Position numbers and translations under genes: made by a program
Source: Pseudomonadota bacterium
Lineage (GTDB): Bacteria > Pseudomonadota > Alphaproteobacteria > Caulobacterales > Hyphomonadaceae
Length of the DNA stretch: 64,000 bases
Reading direction: 5' to 3'
NCBI GenBank assembly: GCA_039026555.1
Contig: JBCCMB010000001.1
Location: 5,631 to 69,630, forward strand
Notes under the pieces: model-generated
Told to the model about the DNA's origin: nothing
The model's database searches: none
Seen by the model: only the letters and a program-made list of their open reading frames with translations
Shown here: positions 1 to 10,389 of the stretch, in pieces
Layout: every line of letters begins with the position of its first letter
Numbering within the stretch: position 1 is the stretch's first letter

Positions 1-972
1 GGCGGAGCAGGCTATATCGGCTCGCATGTGGCCTGGGCCTGCGTAGATGAAGGCCGCCCCGTCGTCGTGCTTGACAGTCTCGCCAACGGTCGGCGCGAGA
101 ACATACCGCCGCAAGCTGTTTTCGTGCAGGCGGACATTGCGGATTATGCGGCCGTCGTTGATGCGCTTCGGGCGAATGATGTGACATCCGTCATGCATTT
201 CGCCGGCAGCATCATCGTTCCTGAATCCGTTGAGAAGCCGCTCGAGTATTATGAGAACAACACGGGCAAGACTGTACAGTTGCTGCAGGCCTGTCGCGAC
301 GCCGGCGTGGCGCGTTTTGTGTTCTCCTCCACCGCGGCCGTTTATGGCCCAACCTTAGCGGATTGCATTGGCGAGGACGCCGACAAGGCGCCCGCCAGCC
401 CCTATGGCGCATCCAAGCTGATGACGGAAACCATTTTGCGCGACATGTCGGCTGCGACGGGGCTGGATTACGCGGTGCTGCGCTATTTCAATGTCGCAGG
501 CGCCGATCCTCTAGGTCGGACGGGTCAATCCATGCGCAACGCGACGCATTTGATTAAAGTTGCGTCGCAGGCGGCGCTTGGCGATCGTCCCGTCTTGGAC
601 ATTTTCGGCGATGATTATCCGACCGCCGACGGCACATGCGTGCGCGATTACATCCATGTCAGTGATTTGGCCGACGCACATTTGCGCGCGCTCGATCATC
701 TGGCGGGACATGGCGGTTGCCTGACGCTGAATTGCGGCTATGGCCGCGGGGCGTCTGTGAAGGAGATCGTCCGAGCGTTTGGCGATTATCTCGGCCGTGA
801 TTTGCCTGTAAGAATAGCGCCGCGGCGCGCTGGCGACCCTCCAAGATTGGTTGCAGACACAACACAGATTACACAGAAACTCCCCGCGTGGACGCCGCGC
901 CTAAAGGCGTATTCCGACATTATCGGGACGGCGTTCGAATGGGAGAAAAAGCTGCGCGCTTCTGTGGATTAG
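1..972 (+). CDS. galE: UDP-glucose 4-epimerase, 5' end truncated by the window edge
   Basis: The frame is open from nt 1 and reads GGAGYIGSHV (Rossmann GxxGxxG). Downstream come SSTAAVYG, the PYGASK catalytic YxxxK and YFNVAGA. The listed ORF 28..972 is only the part after an internal Met. Confidence 0.9.
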   Translation, partial: GGAGYIGSHVAWACVDEGRPVVVLDSLANGRRENIPPQAVFVQADIADYAAVVDALRANDVTSVMHFAGSIIVPESVEKPLEYYENNTGKTVQLLQACRDAGVARFVFSSTAAVYGPTLADCIGEDADKAPASPYGASKLMTETILRDMSAATGLDYAVLRYFNVAGADPLGRTGQSMRNATHLIKVASQAALGDRPVLDIFGDDYPTADGTCVRDYIHVSDLADAHLRALDHLAGHGGCLTLNCGYGRGASVKEIVRAFGDYLGRDLPVRIAPRRAGDPPRLVADTTQITQKLPAWTPRLKAYSDIIGTAFEWEKKLRASVD

Positions 973-1205
973 GCGAAGCTTTACCGTCGTGGCTGGTCTT
1001 CGGGATGCCATGTAATGGCGGCGCCGGTCGCGCGCATTAACTATTAATCACTCGCAATCGGCCGTTTTGCAGTTCAAACACTGGGCGATGGGTCAGATTA
1101 TTAACACTTTTTCTGTTGTATAGCCCCAGCATAACGTGTGTGCGAGGCCTGGGCGTCGGACAGTGTTGATTGGCCATTTGGCTTACTTCGGGTGGTGAAA
1201 CACCG

Positions 1206-2492
1206 ATGACGAATAGAATTGTTTTGGGCCTTTTGGGCTCGTGTGCGGCCGTTAGTTTTGCGGCGCCAGCATTGGCGCAGGACGGCGATGACAGCTATTT
1301 CCGGCGTGACCGCAACGTCTCTGTTCAAGAACGCCCGCGTCCGGAGTACCAGGTGCCGCCCATCCAGGCCGGCGCTTTCCTCTATCAACCGCGTCTCGCG
1401 ATCGACGCTGATTCCACCGACAATGTTTTCGCGACGGAGAATGACGAAGAAAGCGACGTCATCCTCAGCATCGTGCCGTCATTGAACATGTCGACGGCGT
1501 GGTTGCGTCACGCTTTATCAGGACGCGCGTCGGTTAATCACCGCGAATATCTAGATTTCGGCGATGAGAGCGTGACGGATTTCGACATAGGGGCGAACGG
1601 ACGTTTGGATTTTGCGTCGAATACGGAAGTCGACGGCGGTCTAAACTACGCTTTATTACATGAGCCGCGGACGTCCGCGGGCGCGGCGACCCGCTCGCTT
1701 GAGCCGATTGAGTATCAAGCCTTGGGCGCTTATGTCGGCGCGGAGCGAGAGTTTGGCCGCACGCGGTTCGGCGGAACTTTCGACATAAGATCGTTTGATT
1801 TTGACGACGGTGAATTGCTTGGCGGCGTTGAAATCGACCAAGACAACCGCGACCGCGAGGATTACAGCCTTGAGCTTCGCGGCGACTATGCTCTTAGCTC
1901 GGACACTGCAATTTTCACGCGCGCGCGCTATCTGGCGCGAGAGTATGATTCGGTTTTTGACGATGCATCCGGCGATGATTTTACGCGGAATTCGAGTGGT
2001 TACACATTCGATGTGGGCGCTGATTTCGATCTGTCGAATTTGGTCCGCGGACAAGTCGGCGTCGGCTATCTGACGCGTTCATTTGACGACAATGACCTAG
2101 CCGAAGTCGACGGACTAAGCGTGGATGGGTTGCTCGAATGGTTCGCAACCCCGCTAATGACTGCGACCTTCCGCGCGGGTCGGGCGCTGCAGCCATCCGC
2201 AATTATCGGATCGGGCGTATACACGGGAACCGCAGCGTCTGCGGAGCTCGATTACGAATTGCTCGACAACGTTGTTCTCAACGGTGGCCTCAGCTACGCG
2301 GAAGATGATTATGAAGGCATTGATCGTGCGGACGAGCGCATAGGCGCGAATTTCGGCGGCACGTATCTGTTGAGCCGAAATGTCGGCGTCTCGGCGAATT
2401 ACTATTATTCCGACCAAGATTCGACCGGTCTGGCGGGTCAGCAAGATTATAGCGTCAATCGCTTTGTGGTCAGTTTGACGCTGCAGCGCTAG
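1206..2492 (+). CDS. Outer-membrane beta-barrel family protein (uncharacterised)
   Basis: Start moved to ATG 1206, giving the signal peptide MTNRIVLGLLGSCAAVSFAAPALAQ. The protein is Asp/Gly/Tyr-rich with alternating beta-strand-like segments over ~430 aa. Confidence 0.5.
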   Translation: MTNRIVLGLLGSCAAVSFAAPALAQDGDDSYFRRDRNVSVQERPRPEYQVPPIQAGAFLYQPRLAIDADSTDNVFATENDEESDVILSIVPSLNMSTAWLRHALSGRASVNHREYLDFGDESVTDFDIGANGRLDFASNTEVDGGLNYALLHEPRTSAGAATRSLEPIEYQALGAYVGAEREFGRTRFGGTFDIRSFDFDDGELLGGVEIDQDNRDREDYSLELRGDYALSSDTAIFTRARYLAREYDSVFDDASGDDFTRNSSGYTFDVGADFDLSNLVRGQVGVGYLTRSFDDNDLAEVDGLSVDGLLEWFATPLMTATFRAGRALQPSAIIGSGVYTGTAASAELDYELLDNVVLNGGLSYAEDDYEGIDRADERIGANFGGTYLLSRNVGVSANYYYSDQDSTGLAGQQDYSVNRFVVSLTLQR

Positions 2493-2537
2493 GTTTCAGT
2501 AGGACCGCAGCGGCGGTCCGACATTTGTCATCCAACG

Positions 2538-2589
2538 AAAAAAACAGAAGGGTGCCGCCTACGTATCTGGAGGCGGCGCCTTTTTGTTT
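2538..2589. terminator. Bidirectional rho-independent terminator between convergent genes
   Basis: Stem GGTGCCGCCT / AGGCGGCGCC (one G-U pair) is flanked by an A-run upstream and TTTTTGTTT downstream. It lies between the ORF ending at 2492 (+) and the ORF ending at 2643 (-). Confidence 0.55.
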
Positions 2590-2642
2590 GGATGAAACGG
2601 GATCATCGCTTCGAAGATAGCGTCCGTAGGCGTTTGCTTCGG

Positions 2643-3095
2643 CTATTGTGCGGTCGGTGGGACGATCTCGCATTCGTCGACGGCGAGAGTCAAAGCGGCG
2701 CTGCAAGCCTCTACGGCAGCTTCTTGGGTGGCCCAAGCGCCCAGCTGAACGCGATAATAATCCTGTCCGACCGCTCGCGTCGTGGTGATCTCGGCGTGGC
2801 CAAGTTCGCCAAGCTTCTCATAGGCCGCTTCAGCGTCCGCAATCTGCTCAAACGCGCCTGCTTGGAGCAGGTAGCCGGCACGGCCTTCCGGCAGCGGCGA
2901 TGGGGCCGAAGTCGGAGGCGCCGATTTCATAATCGTGTAGACAAGCGTTTGCTTGCGCCGTTTTTCCGATTTCGGGCGTATCGAAAGAGACGCTTCCTTG
3001 ATCGGTTTAACGGTCGATTCCGCACGCGCGGTCGGCGTTTCAATCACAAATGTTGCGGCGACCGCGGCGAGGCCAAATTTCAAAAGCGGCGGCAA
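2643..3095 (-). CDS. SPOR domain-containing protein
   Basis: N-terminal signal-like MPPLLKFGLAAVAATFVIETPTARA. The C-terminus reads YLLQAGAFEQIADAEAAYEKL...DYYRVQLGAWATQEAA, typical of a SPOR repeat. Confidence 0.7.
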   Translation of the reverse strand: MPPLLKFGLAAVAATFVIETPTARAESTVKPIKEASLSIRPKSEKRRKQTLVYTIMKSAPPTSAPSPLPEGRAGYLLQAGAFEQIADAEAAYEKLGELGHAEITTTRAVGQDYYRVQLGAWATQEAAVEACSAALTLAVDECEIVPPTAQ

Positions 3096-3212
3096 AGTTC
3101 CAGCTCCTAAGCTGCAAATATCTATCCCTGGACACAGAGATTGGCGCTAATCGGTCAATGAGGCATTAACCTGACGAAATTCGTGCATGAAACGGGCTGA
3201 TTGGAGCTCATT

Positions 3213-3719
3213 ATGGAAATTGGCGCAGAGACTGCGGGAGCTGAGGCCGCCTTCGAAAGGGCGACGCGTTATCGCGAGTTAAAAGTTGAGATCGAATCGA
3301 TTGTAAGAGGAGAACCGTCGCACACGGCGCGCTATGCTTCCGCGGCCTGCTTGCTCGCGCACGCATTTGCGCCACGCTTCTTTTGGACCGGGTTTTACGT
3401 TGTCGACCCCAACAGGCCCGACGAATTAGTGGTGGGCCCCTATCAAGGAACGTTGGGGTGTTTGCGGATTCCCTTTGGCAAGGGCGTATGCGGAACAGCC
3501 GCTGCGCGCCGAGAGACGCAATTGGTCGCCAATGTTCATGAGTTTCCCGGCCACATCGCCTGCGACGCGCGGTCGCAATCTGAAATCGTGGCGCCCGTCT
3601 TTGATGCGGAAGGGCGCTTGGCGGCCGTTCTGGATGTAGATTCTGAACGCCTCAACGCGTTCGACGCGGTCGATCAAGCCGGTCTTGAGGCGATTTGCGG
3701 TGATCTGCTGACCGTTTAA
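3213..3719 (+). CDS. GAF domain protein, free methionine-(R)-sulfoxide reductase-like
   Basis: FWTGFYVV...LVVGPYQG..GC.RIPFGKGVCGTAA...V.NVHEFPGHIACD..S.SEIV.PV matches the YebR/fRMsr family. ATG 3213 is preceded by GGAG; TTG 3201 is an alternative start. Confidence 0.75.
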   Translation: MEIGAETAGAEAAFERATRYRELKVEIESIVRGEPSHTARYASAACLLAHAFAPRFFWTGFYVVDPNRPDELVVGPYQGTLGCLRIPFGKGVCGTAAARRETQLVANVHEFPGHIACDARSQSEIVAPVFDAEGRLAAVLDVDSERLNAFDAVDQAGLEAICGDLLTV

Positions 3720-4276
3720 GCGCGTCCGCCCGAAACCTGCAGCTGATGCGGGGAAACGCCTATGCGGGCGAGCGCGCGGCTCCATTTCGTGTCGAAGGAT
3801 CGATCGAACACAATCTCCATGTCTGGATCGCCGACCAGCCAGACATTGCCGGCGAGCTCCTCTTCCAATTGCCCGGCGCCCCAACCGGAATAGCCTAAGG
3901 CCAAGACCGCGCGTTCCGGCGGCAAATCAGACGCCATTGCGTGAAGCACGTCTTTGGTGGCGGTAAGGCACACGCCTTCTATGACGGGAAGCGTGGCGCC
4001 CTCGCTGTCGAAATCCTCTGAATGGAGAACAAAGCCGCGATCCCGACCGACCGGACCGCCCACGAGGATGGGGTCTTCTTCGCTGGCGCCCTCGCCGTCC
4101 ACGCCGAGCTGATCCAGCAAATCGGGCAGGGTCAAATCATCCATTGTGTGATTGAGCACAATGCCCATCGCGTGCTCTTCATTGTGAGCGCATAGCAAAA
4201 TCACCGCCCGCTTAAATCGCGGATCCTCGATCGAGGGCAGCGCAATTAGCAGTTTACCGGCGAGTGATTGGTCCAA
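3716..4276 (-). CDS. YqgE/AlgH family protein (UPF0301)
   Basis: LAGKLLIALPSIEDPRFKRAVILLCAHNEEHAMGIVLN and GYSGWGAGQLEEEL are signature stretches of this family. Confidence 0.85.
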   Translation of the reverse strand: MDQSLAGKLLIALPSIEDPRFKRAVILLCAHNEEHAMGIVLNHTMDDLTLPDLLDQLGVDGEGASEEDPILVGGPVGRDRGFVLHSEDFDSEGATLPVIEGVCLTATKDVLHAMASDLPPERAVLALGYSGWGAGQLEEELAGNVWLVGDPDMEIVFDRSFDTKWSRALARIGVSPHQLQVSGGRA

Positions 4277-4482
4277 GCGAATGTCTCCTTCGCATGTCGC
4301 TTATGGTTGACCCAATCATGATGACGCGCAAGGGCGTCATTCGCCTTCTAGGCGATTGCGTCGCGGATTTTATTGTTCCTATCATCGTTTTGGGGGTCGA
4401 TTTATCCGGCTGCGCCCTTAGGTTTCCCTGCAACGTCAAAGCACAACGCGGCGCCAAGCGCCGCAGGGAGAGGATAAGATCC

Positions 4483-4965
4483 ATGGCGATACAAAAAGGC
4501 GATAAACTGCCCGAAGCGGTTTTCATGACCATGACAGCGGACGGCCCAGGCCCGATCAGCATTGCCGACCTCACCGGCGGCAAGACTGTCGCGCTTTTCG
4601 CAGTGCCGGGCGCGTTTACGCCGACCTGTTCGGCCAAACATCTGCCGGGGTTCAAAGAAAAGGCCGATGAGTTTCGCGCGAAGGGCGTCGACACCATCGC
4701 CTGCACCTCCGTGAATGATGTGTTCGTCATGGACGCCTGGGGCAAGGATCAGGGCGTCGGCGAGGATGTGGTCATGCTGGCGGACGGCAATGGCGACTTC
4801 GCGAAGGCCATTGGTCTAGAGATGGATGGGAAAGGTTTTGGCATGGGATCTCGCTCCCAGCGTTATTCAATGGTCGTCAAAGACGGCGTCGTCCAGGAAC
4901 TCAATGTCGAAGACGGTGGAGAGTTTAAAGTTTCATCTGCAGAATACATGCTCGAGCAGCTTTAG
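4483..4965 (+). CDS. Peroxiredoxin (Prx5-like, atypical 2-Cys type)
   Basis: Start moved to ATG 4483 (MAIQKGDKLPE) behind GGGAGAGG. It carries FAVPGAFTPTCSAKHLPGF, the PxxxTxxC peroxidatic motif. Confidence 0.85.
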   Translation: MAIQKGDKLPEAVFMTMTADGPGPISIADLTGGKTVALFAVPGAFTPTCSAKHLPGFKEKADEFRAKGVDTIACTSVNDVFVMDAWGKDQGVGEDVVMLADGNGDFAKAIGLEMDGKGFGMGSRSQRYSMVVKDGVVQELNVEDGGEFKVSSAEYMLEQL

Positions 4966-4997
4966 TCTGGCGCTAAATACAGAATAGTATGCAAAAA

Positions 4998-5037
4998 GAC
5001 GCCGCTCAGTTTTCTAGACTGGGTGGCGTTTTTGTGT
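4998..5037 (+). terminator. Rho-independent terminator after the peroxiredoxin gene
   Basis: ~12-bp stem GACGCCGCTCAG / CTGGGTGGCGTT (with wobbles) followed by TTTTGTGTT. Confidence 0.5.
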
Positions 5038-5074
5038 TAAAATACATGACACTATATGAGGGAGTTTTGAGAAT

Positions 5075-6046
5075 ATGGAATATGCGGTTCCAATTATTGT
5101 ATTTGTACTGGCGTTATTTTTCATTTCGAGCGCCGTTAAGGTCGTTCCGCAAGGTTATCAGTTTACGGTTGAGCGGTTTGGTCGCTTTACGCGGATCCTT
5201 CAGCCCGGTCTTGCGTTCTTAATCCCGTTTTTCGATCGGGTCGGCCGCAAGATGAATATGATGGAGACGGTGCTGGACGTGCCGCGCCAAGAAGTGATCA
5301 CAAAAGACAATGCGATGGTCTCGTGCGACGCTGTTGTCTTTATCCAAGTGGTAGACCCCGTCCCCGCGGCGTATGAGGTGAATGATTTAGAGCGCGCGAT
5401 CACCAATTTGGCGCTGACGAATATTCGGACAGTCGTCGGCTCGATGGATCTGGACGAGGTTTTGTCCAATCGGGACGATATTAATGCGCGGCTTTTGTCC
5501 GTTATAGACGCGGCGACCAATCCTTGGGGCGTGAAGGTCACGCGTATTGAGATCGCGGATTTGTCTCCGCCGGCGGATATCACAGAAGCCATGGCCCGCC
5601 AGATGAAGGCGGAACGGGAAAAGCGCGCGGAAATCTTATCGGCCGAAGGCGAAAAGCAATCGGCGATTCTTCGCGCGGAAGGCGAAAAGCAATCCCAAAT
5701 TCTGGAAGCTGAAGGCCGGCGAGAAGCAGCGTTCCGCGACGCTGAAGCGCGTGAGCGGGAGGCGGAAGCCGAAGCGAAAGCCACTGAAGCCGTCTCTGAA
5801 GCCGTCGCACGCGGCGACGTCAGCGCTATCAACTACTTTTTGGGACAAGGCTATATCGAGGCGTTCAAGGCGTTGGCGACGTCGAAGCAACAGAAAACCG
5901 TCATTATTCCGGCCGAATTCTCCGGCATTGCTGGTGCGATTGAAGGCATTCGCGCGCTGACGGAGGATTTCAAGCCCAAGGGCGATGGTGACGGTCCTAA
6001 CGGGTCCACGCCGCCCAGCGCCAACCCCTGGGGAGGATCGCGATGA
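5075..6046 (+). CDS. SPFH/band 7 (stomatin-like) membrane protein
   Basis: N-terminal TM segment, then VVPQGYQFTVERFGRF...PGLAFLIPFFDRV and a Glu/Ala-rich coiled coil (EGEKQSAILRAEGEKQS). Confidence 0.85.
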   Translation: MEYAVPIIVFVLALFFISSAVKVVPQGYQFTVERFGRFTRILQPGLAFLIPFFDRVGRKMNMMETVLDVPRQEVITKDNAMVSCDAVVFIQVVDPVPAAYEVNDLERAITNLALTNIRTVVGSMDLDEVLSNRDDINARLLSVIDAATNPWGVKVTRIEIADLSPPADITEAMARQMKAEREKRAEILSAEGEKQSAILRAEGEKQSQILEAEGRREAAFRDAEAREREAEAEAKATEAVSEAVARGDVSAINYFLGQGYIEAFKALATSKQQKTVIIPAEFSGIAGAIEGIRALTEDFKPKGDGDGPNGSTPPSANPWGGSR

Positions 6047-6507
6047 TCGACGTTTTAGGCGGATTGACGGCATGGCATTGGTTGGCGCTGGCGTTGGCGC
6101 TGCTGGTTATTGAAGTCTCCGCCGGCACGTTCGATCTGTTGTGGATCGCCATCGCCGCCGCGCTCACATCTGTGTACGCAGCGATCGCGCCCAGCGGCAT
6201 GGATGGATGGCAAGCGCAATTCGCGGTTTTCGCGGTCATCGCGGTGATCTTGGTGATTATGGGCCGCACCGTGTTCGCCGGTATTCGTAGACCGCCGGAG
6301 ACCCACCCCAATCTCAACAATCGCGCGGCTCAAATGGTCGGCAAGCGCGGGCACGCCGCCGCGGCTTTCGATGGCGGCGTCGGCCGGGTGAAGTTGGGCG
6401 ACAGCGAATGGCGCGCTGAAGCGGACGCGGACGCCGTCTTGCTGGAAGGCGCTGAAGTCGTCGTTGAAAGCGCCAAGGGTACAATCCTGAAAGTACGCCC
6501 GACTTAG
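6043..6507 (+). CDS. NfeD family membrane protein
   Basis: 4-nt overlap with the stomatin gene (the classic stomatin-NfeD pair). It has multiple TM helices and a C-terminal OB-like GRVKLGDSEWRAEAD. Confidence 0.8.
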   Translation: MIDVLGGLTAWHWLALALALLVIEVSAGTFDLLWIAIAAALTSVYAAIAPSGMDGWQAQFAVFAVIAVILVIMGRTVFAGIRRPPETHPNLNNRAAQMVGKRGHAAAAFDGGVGRVKLGDSEWRAEADADAVLLEGAEVVVESAKGTILKVRPT

Positions 6508-6601
6508 TTTAAGCCGCCTTCGTCCATCCAAGCGCGATCAGCTCCATTGACGAGGGCGGTGCCCGCCGCTACGCCCCCGTCATCTTTGTCAGGAGCATTA
6601 C

Positions 6602-8209
6602 ATGACCGACGCGGCGATCGCCGATCTTGTCTCTATGGCGGAGGCCGCCAGGGCGTGGCCTTTTGAGCAGGCGCGGGCGCTGAAGAAGAAGCTCGAGATC
6701 GCGGAAAAGCGCGGAAACCCCAAGACCGGGCCAGTGATTTTCGAAACAGGCTACGGACCGTCTGGACTGCCGCACATCGGCACATTCGGCGAAGTGGTAC
6801 GCACAACCATGGTGCGTAATGCGTTTCGCGCGCTGACGGATGATAAGATCCCGACCAAGCTGATCTGCGTTTCGGACGATATGGATGGCATGCGCAAAGT
6901 TCCGGACAACATGCCCAACGCCGACATGCTGACGGAGCATCTGCAAAAGCCGCTGACGGATGTGCCAGATCCCTTCGGTACGCATGAGAGCTATGGCGCG
7001 CACATGAATGCGCGGCTTCAAAGCTTTTTGGACAGTTTCGGGTTTGACTATGAATTCCGCTCCGCGACGGAGCTTTATAAATCCGGCGCGTATGATGCGG
7101 CTTTGCAGCGCGCGCTTGAAAAATTCGACGCCATTATGGACGTCATGCTGCCCACGCTAGGCGAAGAGCGCCGTCAGACCTACAGCCCTTTCCTGCCCAT
7201 CTCACCGAAAACTGGACGCGTTCTCTACGTGCCGACGAAGTCTGTGAAGGCGTCGGACGGGACGATTGTTTTCGATGATGAGGATGGGACTGAAACCGAA
7301 CTTCCGGTTACCGGCGGGCATGTCAAACTACAATGGAAGCCGGATTTCGGCATGCGTTGGGCCGCGCTGGGCGTGGATTTTGAGATGTTCGGCAAGGATC
7401 ATCAGGCCAACGCCGCGATCTATTCGAAAATCTGCCGGATCTTGGGCGCCGAGCCGCCGGTGCAATACGTCTATGAATTATTCTTGGACGATAAGGGCGA
7501 GAAAATCTCCAAATCGAAAGGCAATGGCATTTCGGTCGAGGATTGGCTGGCTTATGCGCCGCAGGAAAGCTTGGCGCTGTTCCAGTTCCAAAAGCCCCGT
7601 ACGGCGAAACGCTTGCATTTCGACGTCATTCCGAAAGCCGTGGACGAGTATTTGACCTTCCTCGACAAATACCATCAGGAGACGGCGGACAAACAGCTCG
7701 AAAACCCAGCCTGGCACATTCATGGCGGCCAACCTCCGACATGGGGAACGCCGCTGTCTTTCGCGTTGTTGTTGAACCTTGTAAGTGTCGCCAACGCCGA
7801 AACAAAAGACGTATTGTGGGGCTTCATCTCGCGTTATGCGCCCGAAGCAACGCCTGAGAACGCGCCCTATCTGGATCAAATGGCGGGCTATGCGATCCGC
7901 TATTATGCGGATTTTGTGAAGCCGCAAAAATCCTATCGAACGCCTGATGAAAAAGAGCGCGCGGCCCTTGCCGATCTCGCCGAACGTCTTGCAGCCTTTG
8001 ATGGTGAGGTGACCGGCGAGGCGTTGCAGACCCTGGTGTTTGAGGTCGGTAAAGCGCATGAATTCGAGCCGCTACGCGACTGGTTCAAAGCGATCTACGA
8101 GGTTTTGCTCGGCCAATCGCAGGGACCGCGCTTTGGCGGCTTCATGGCGCTTTACGGTGTGGAGGAGACACGCGCCCTGATCGAAACGCGTCTCGCAAGC
8201 GGCGCCTAA
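6602..8209 (+). CDS. lysK: Lysine--tRNA ligase, class I
   Basis: [14 protein letters not shown] (HIGH-like) and KISKSKGNG (KMSKS) in a 535-aa class I LysRS layout. Confidence 0.9.
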   Translation: MTDAAIADLVSMAEAARAWPFEQARALKKKLEIAEKRGNPKTGPVIFETGYGPSGLPHIGTFGEVVRTTMVRNAFRALTDDKIPTKLICVSDDMDGMRKVPDNMPNADMLTEHLQKPLTDVPDPFGTHESYGAHMNARLQSFLDSFGFDYEFRSATELYKSGAYDAALQRALEKFDAIMDVMLPTLGEERRQTYSPFLPISPKTGRVLYVPTKSVKASDGTIVFDDEDGTETELPVTGGHVKLQWKPDFGMRWAALGVDFEMFGKDHQANAAIYSKICRILGAEPPVQYVYELFLDDKGEKISKSKGNGISVEDWLAYAPQESLALFQFQKPRTAKRLHFDVIPKAVDEYLTFLDKYHQETADKQLENPAWHIHGGQPPTWGTPLSFALLLNLVSVANAETKDVLWGFISRYAPEATPENAPYLDQMAGYAIRYYADFVKPQKSYRTPDEKERAALADLAERLAAFDGEVTGEALQTLVFEVGKAHEFEPLRDWFKAIYEVLLGQSQGPRFGGFMALYGVEETRALIETRLASGA

Positions 8210-8289
8210 GCTGCAATTTGCTGTGCGGACGCGGTCACATTTCGGTGCGTAGGGTAAACTTCGTCGCATTATGACCTAGGTTTTGATTC

Positions 8290-9087
8290 GTGATGGGACT
8301 CACGAATTGGACGGAGGCTTGGATGAGACAAATTCGGGCGCGAGCAACAGCCGTCATTCTCGCGGCGAGCGTCTGGGCGGCGCCCGCGCTGTCAGAAACG
8401 CCTTATGAGTATTTTTCGGTCGGCGCGTATGAAGACGCCGCGGGTGCGGCGGACGCGCTGGAAACTGCGGACGGACACGCGTTCGCCGCTCGGGCGTTGC
8501 TGGCGGAATACGCCACGGCGGACGAACCCGCATCCGGCGAATTGCTTAGGCGCGCGCAAGCGTCCGCGGAGGCGGCGTTGGCGTTAGAGCCCGACCACGC
8601 CGAGGGACTGATGCAATTGGCGATCTCCTTGTCCATGCAAGCGCGTCCGATGAGCGTTCGCGAAGCTATGGCCAGCGGCAATGGCGAGCGGGCGCGCGAA
8701 TTGGCGGAGATGGTGTTGGACGCAGATCCCAACAATTACTACGCCCACGGATTTCTGGCCGTTTGGCATGTCGAGGTGCGCCGACGCGGCGGCGCGCTGG
8801 GCGCATCGGTGATGGGCGCAAGCGTCAAAAAAGGGCGCGCGCATTATGAGCGGTGCGCTTACCTTGCGCCCGACAACGCCTCTTTGCATTGGCAATACGG
8901 GCGCGCCCTGATTGCGCACAATCCCCAGAAGTTCGGCGCAGAGGCGCAAGAAGCTTTGGACCGCGCGTTGGCGGCGAACACCGACGATCATTTGGAGGCG
9001 ACGTCTCAGGCGCGCGCCGCCTTGATCGCTGATTTGCTGGCGTCTGATGTCAGGTCGGCGTCTGAGCGCGCGGCGGAGATGCTCTAA
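8290..9087 (+). CDS. Secreted hypothetical protein, helical/TPR-like
   Basis: Signal-like AVILAASVWAAPALSE followed by Ala/Leu/Glu-rich helical repeats. I recognise no family motif. Confidence 0.35.
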   Translation: MMGLTNWTEAWMRQIRARATAVILAASVWAAPALSETPYEYFSVGAYEDAAGAADALETADGHAFAARALLAEYATADEPASGELLRRAQASAEAALALEPDHAEGLMQLAISLSMQARPMSVREAMASGNGERARELAEMVLDADPNNYYAHGFLAVWHVEVRRRGGALGASVMGASVKKGRAHYERCAYLAPDNASLHWQYGRALIAHNPQKFGAEAQEALDRALAANTDDHLEATSQARAALIADLLASDVRSASERAAEML

Positions 9088-10250
9088 AGCGTCTTATCGT
9101 CGGTCGGCAGGCCGAATAGGACCCGACCGGTCAATTCATAGGTCGGCGGAGCGATCATCATATGCTGCGTCGCCGTATGCGCATCCCGAAAGCGGCGTTG
9201 AAGAGGGCTGTCCAAGAAGACCGACGAGCCTCCGCCCATATCATAAGCGGCGCGGCACACCTCAGCGCCGGTTCGGGTCATATGAGTCGCCGCAAGTCTA
9301 AGATCCGCCTTAAGCTCGATATCGATTTGACCCGTTTCCTCGGCGCGGTCCCACGCTGCGCCGACTGCGTCGAACAGATATGCGCGCGCGGACCTTAAGG
9401 ACGCTTCCGCCTTCGCAAGATCGATTTGCGCGGCCGCGCGTTCGGCCTGGCTTTTCTTAGCGCCCGGCGCTTTCTTGCTGGTCGCGAGGGTTTTAACGTC
9501 CTCAAGCGCGGCGCGCGCATTGCCCGCGGCGACCGCTGCGATCCCCAACGCTAATAGGCCGAACACCGGAAACGCGTAGAGCGCGCCTTCGACGGTTGGT
9601 TTGTCGACGATGAGGGAGACTGACCGGGCTTTAGGAACCCGCGCGGCCTTCACAGCGATGTCGCCTGACCCCGTGCCTTTGAGTCCCGCGACATTCCAGG
9701 TGTCGATCAGCTCCACATCTTCGCGCGGGAAGATCATCATCCGGTGATTGGGCGATCCATCAGGAAATGTCAGTAGTGTTCCGTCTTCAATCACCACCGA
9801 CCCTCCGACGAGCCAGCTGCAATTGGCCGAACCTGAGGCCCATTTCCACTGGCCGTCGACAATGTACTCGTCACCCTTCGACACGGCTTTGCCCATCGGC
9901 GCGAATACGCCGCCGGTGATTGTGTCCGGGTCGGCGAAGATTTCCGATGCGACGTCGTGCGGCAAATAGGCGCCGTTGAGCGCGGTCGTCGAGCCGATCA
10001 TCAAGCACCAGCCGACAGATGCGTCGGCTCGCGCCAGAATTTCGATTGTTTGCAGCAATTCGGCTGGAGGCGTCTGCAGGCCGCCCAGAGTTTCAGGCAG
10101 AACCATCCGGAAAAGGCCGGCGGAGGCCATTGTACTGGCTATATCCGCGGGCAAGCGGCGCGCATCTTCAATCTCATCCGCGCGCGCGGCGATATCCGGG
10201 GCCAAGTTTTTCGCAACGCTGATTGGGCTATTCGGCGCAAGTCCGTCCAT
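9084..10250 (-). CDS. Acyl-CoA dehydrogenase family protein
   Basis: 388 aa with the ACAD layout: N-terminal helical domain, middle beta domain (WKWASGS, NVAGLKGTGS) and C-terminal helical bundle. Confidence 0.75.
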   Translation of the reverse strand: MDGLAPNSPISVAKNLAPDIAARADEIEDARRLPADIASTMASAGLFRMVLPETLGGLQTPPAELLQTIEILARADASVGWCLMIGSTTALNGAYLPHDVASEIFADPDTITGGVFAPMGKAVSKGDEYIVDGQWKWASGSANCSWLVGGSVVIEDGTLLTFPDGSPNHRMMIFPREDVELIDTWNVAGLKGTGSGDIAVKAARVPKARSVSLIVDKPTVEGALYAFPVFGLLALGIAAVAAGNARAALEDVKTLATSKKAPGAKKSQAERAAAQIDLAKAEASLRSARAYLFDAVGAAWDRAEETGQIDIELKADLRLAATHMTRTGAEVCRAAYDMGGGSSVFLDSPLQRRFRDAHTATQHMMIAPPTYELTGRVLFGLPTDDKTL

Positions 10251-10389
10251 GGCGAATTCCTCCTATTCGACAGAATAGCGACAGCGATTGCGTTTGTCCC
10301 CAACCGTAAGCTGTGACCGCTCGCCCCTAGCCAATTCCCATTTGGACCGTTAGGGCTCAATTTCGCTTATCACGCAAAGGATTGCCGCC

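Noticed and set aside
4264-4482. N-terminal 73-aa extension of the peroxiredoxin ORF
   Set aside because: It overlaps the divergent YqgE gene start and has no homology. ATG 4483 has a good RBS and gives the normal ~160-aa Prx5-type length.
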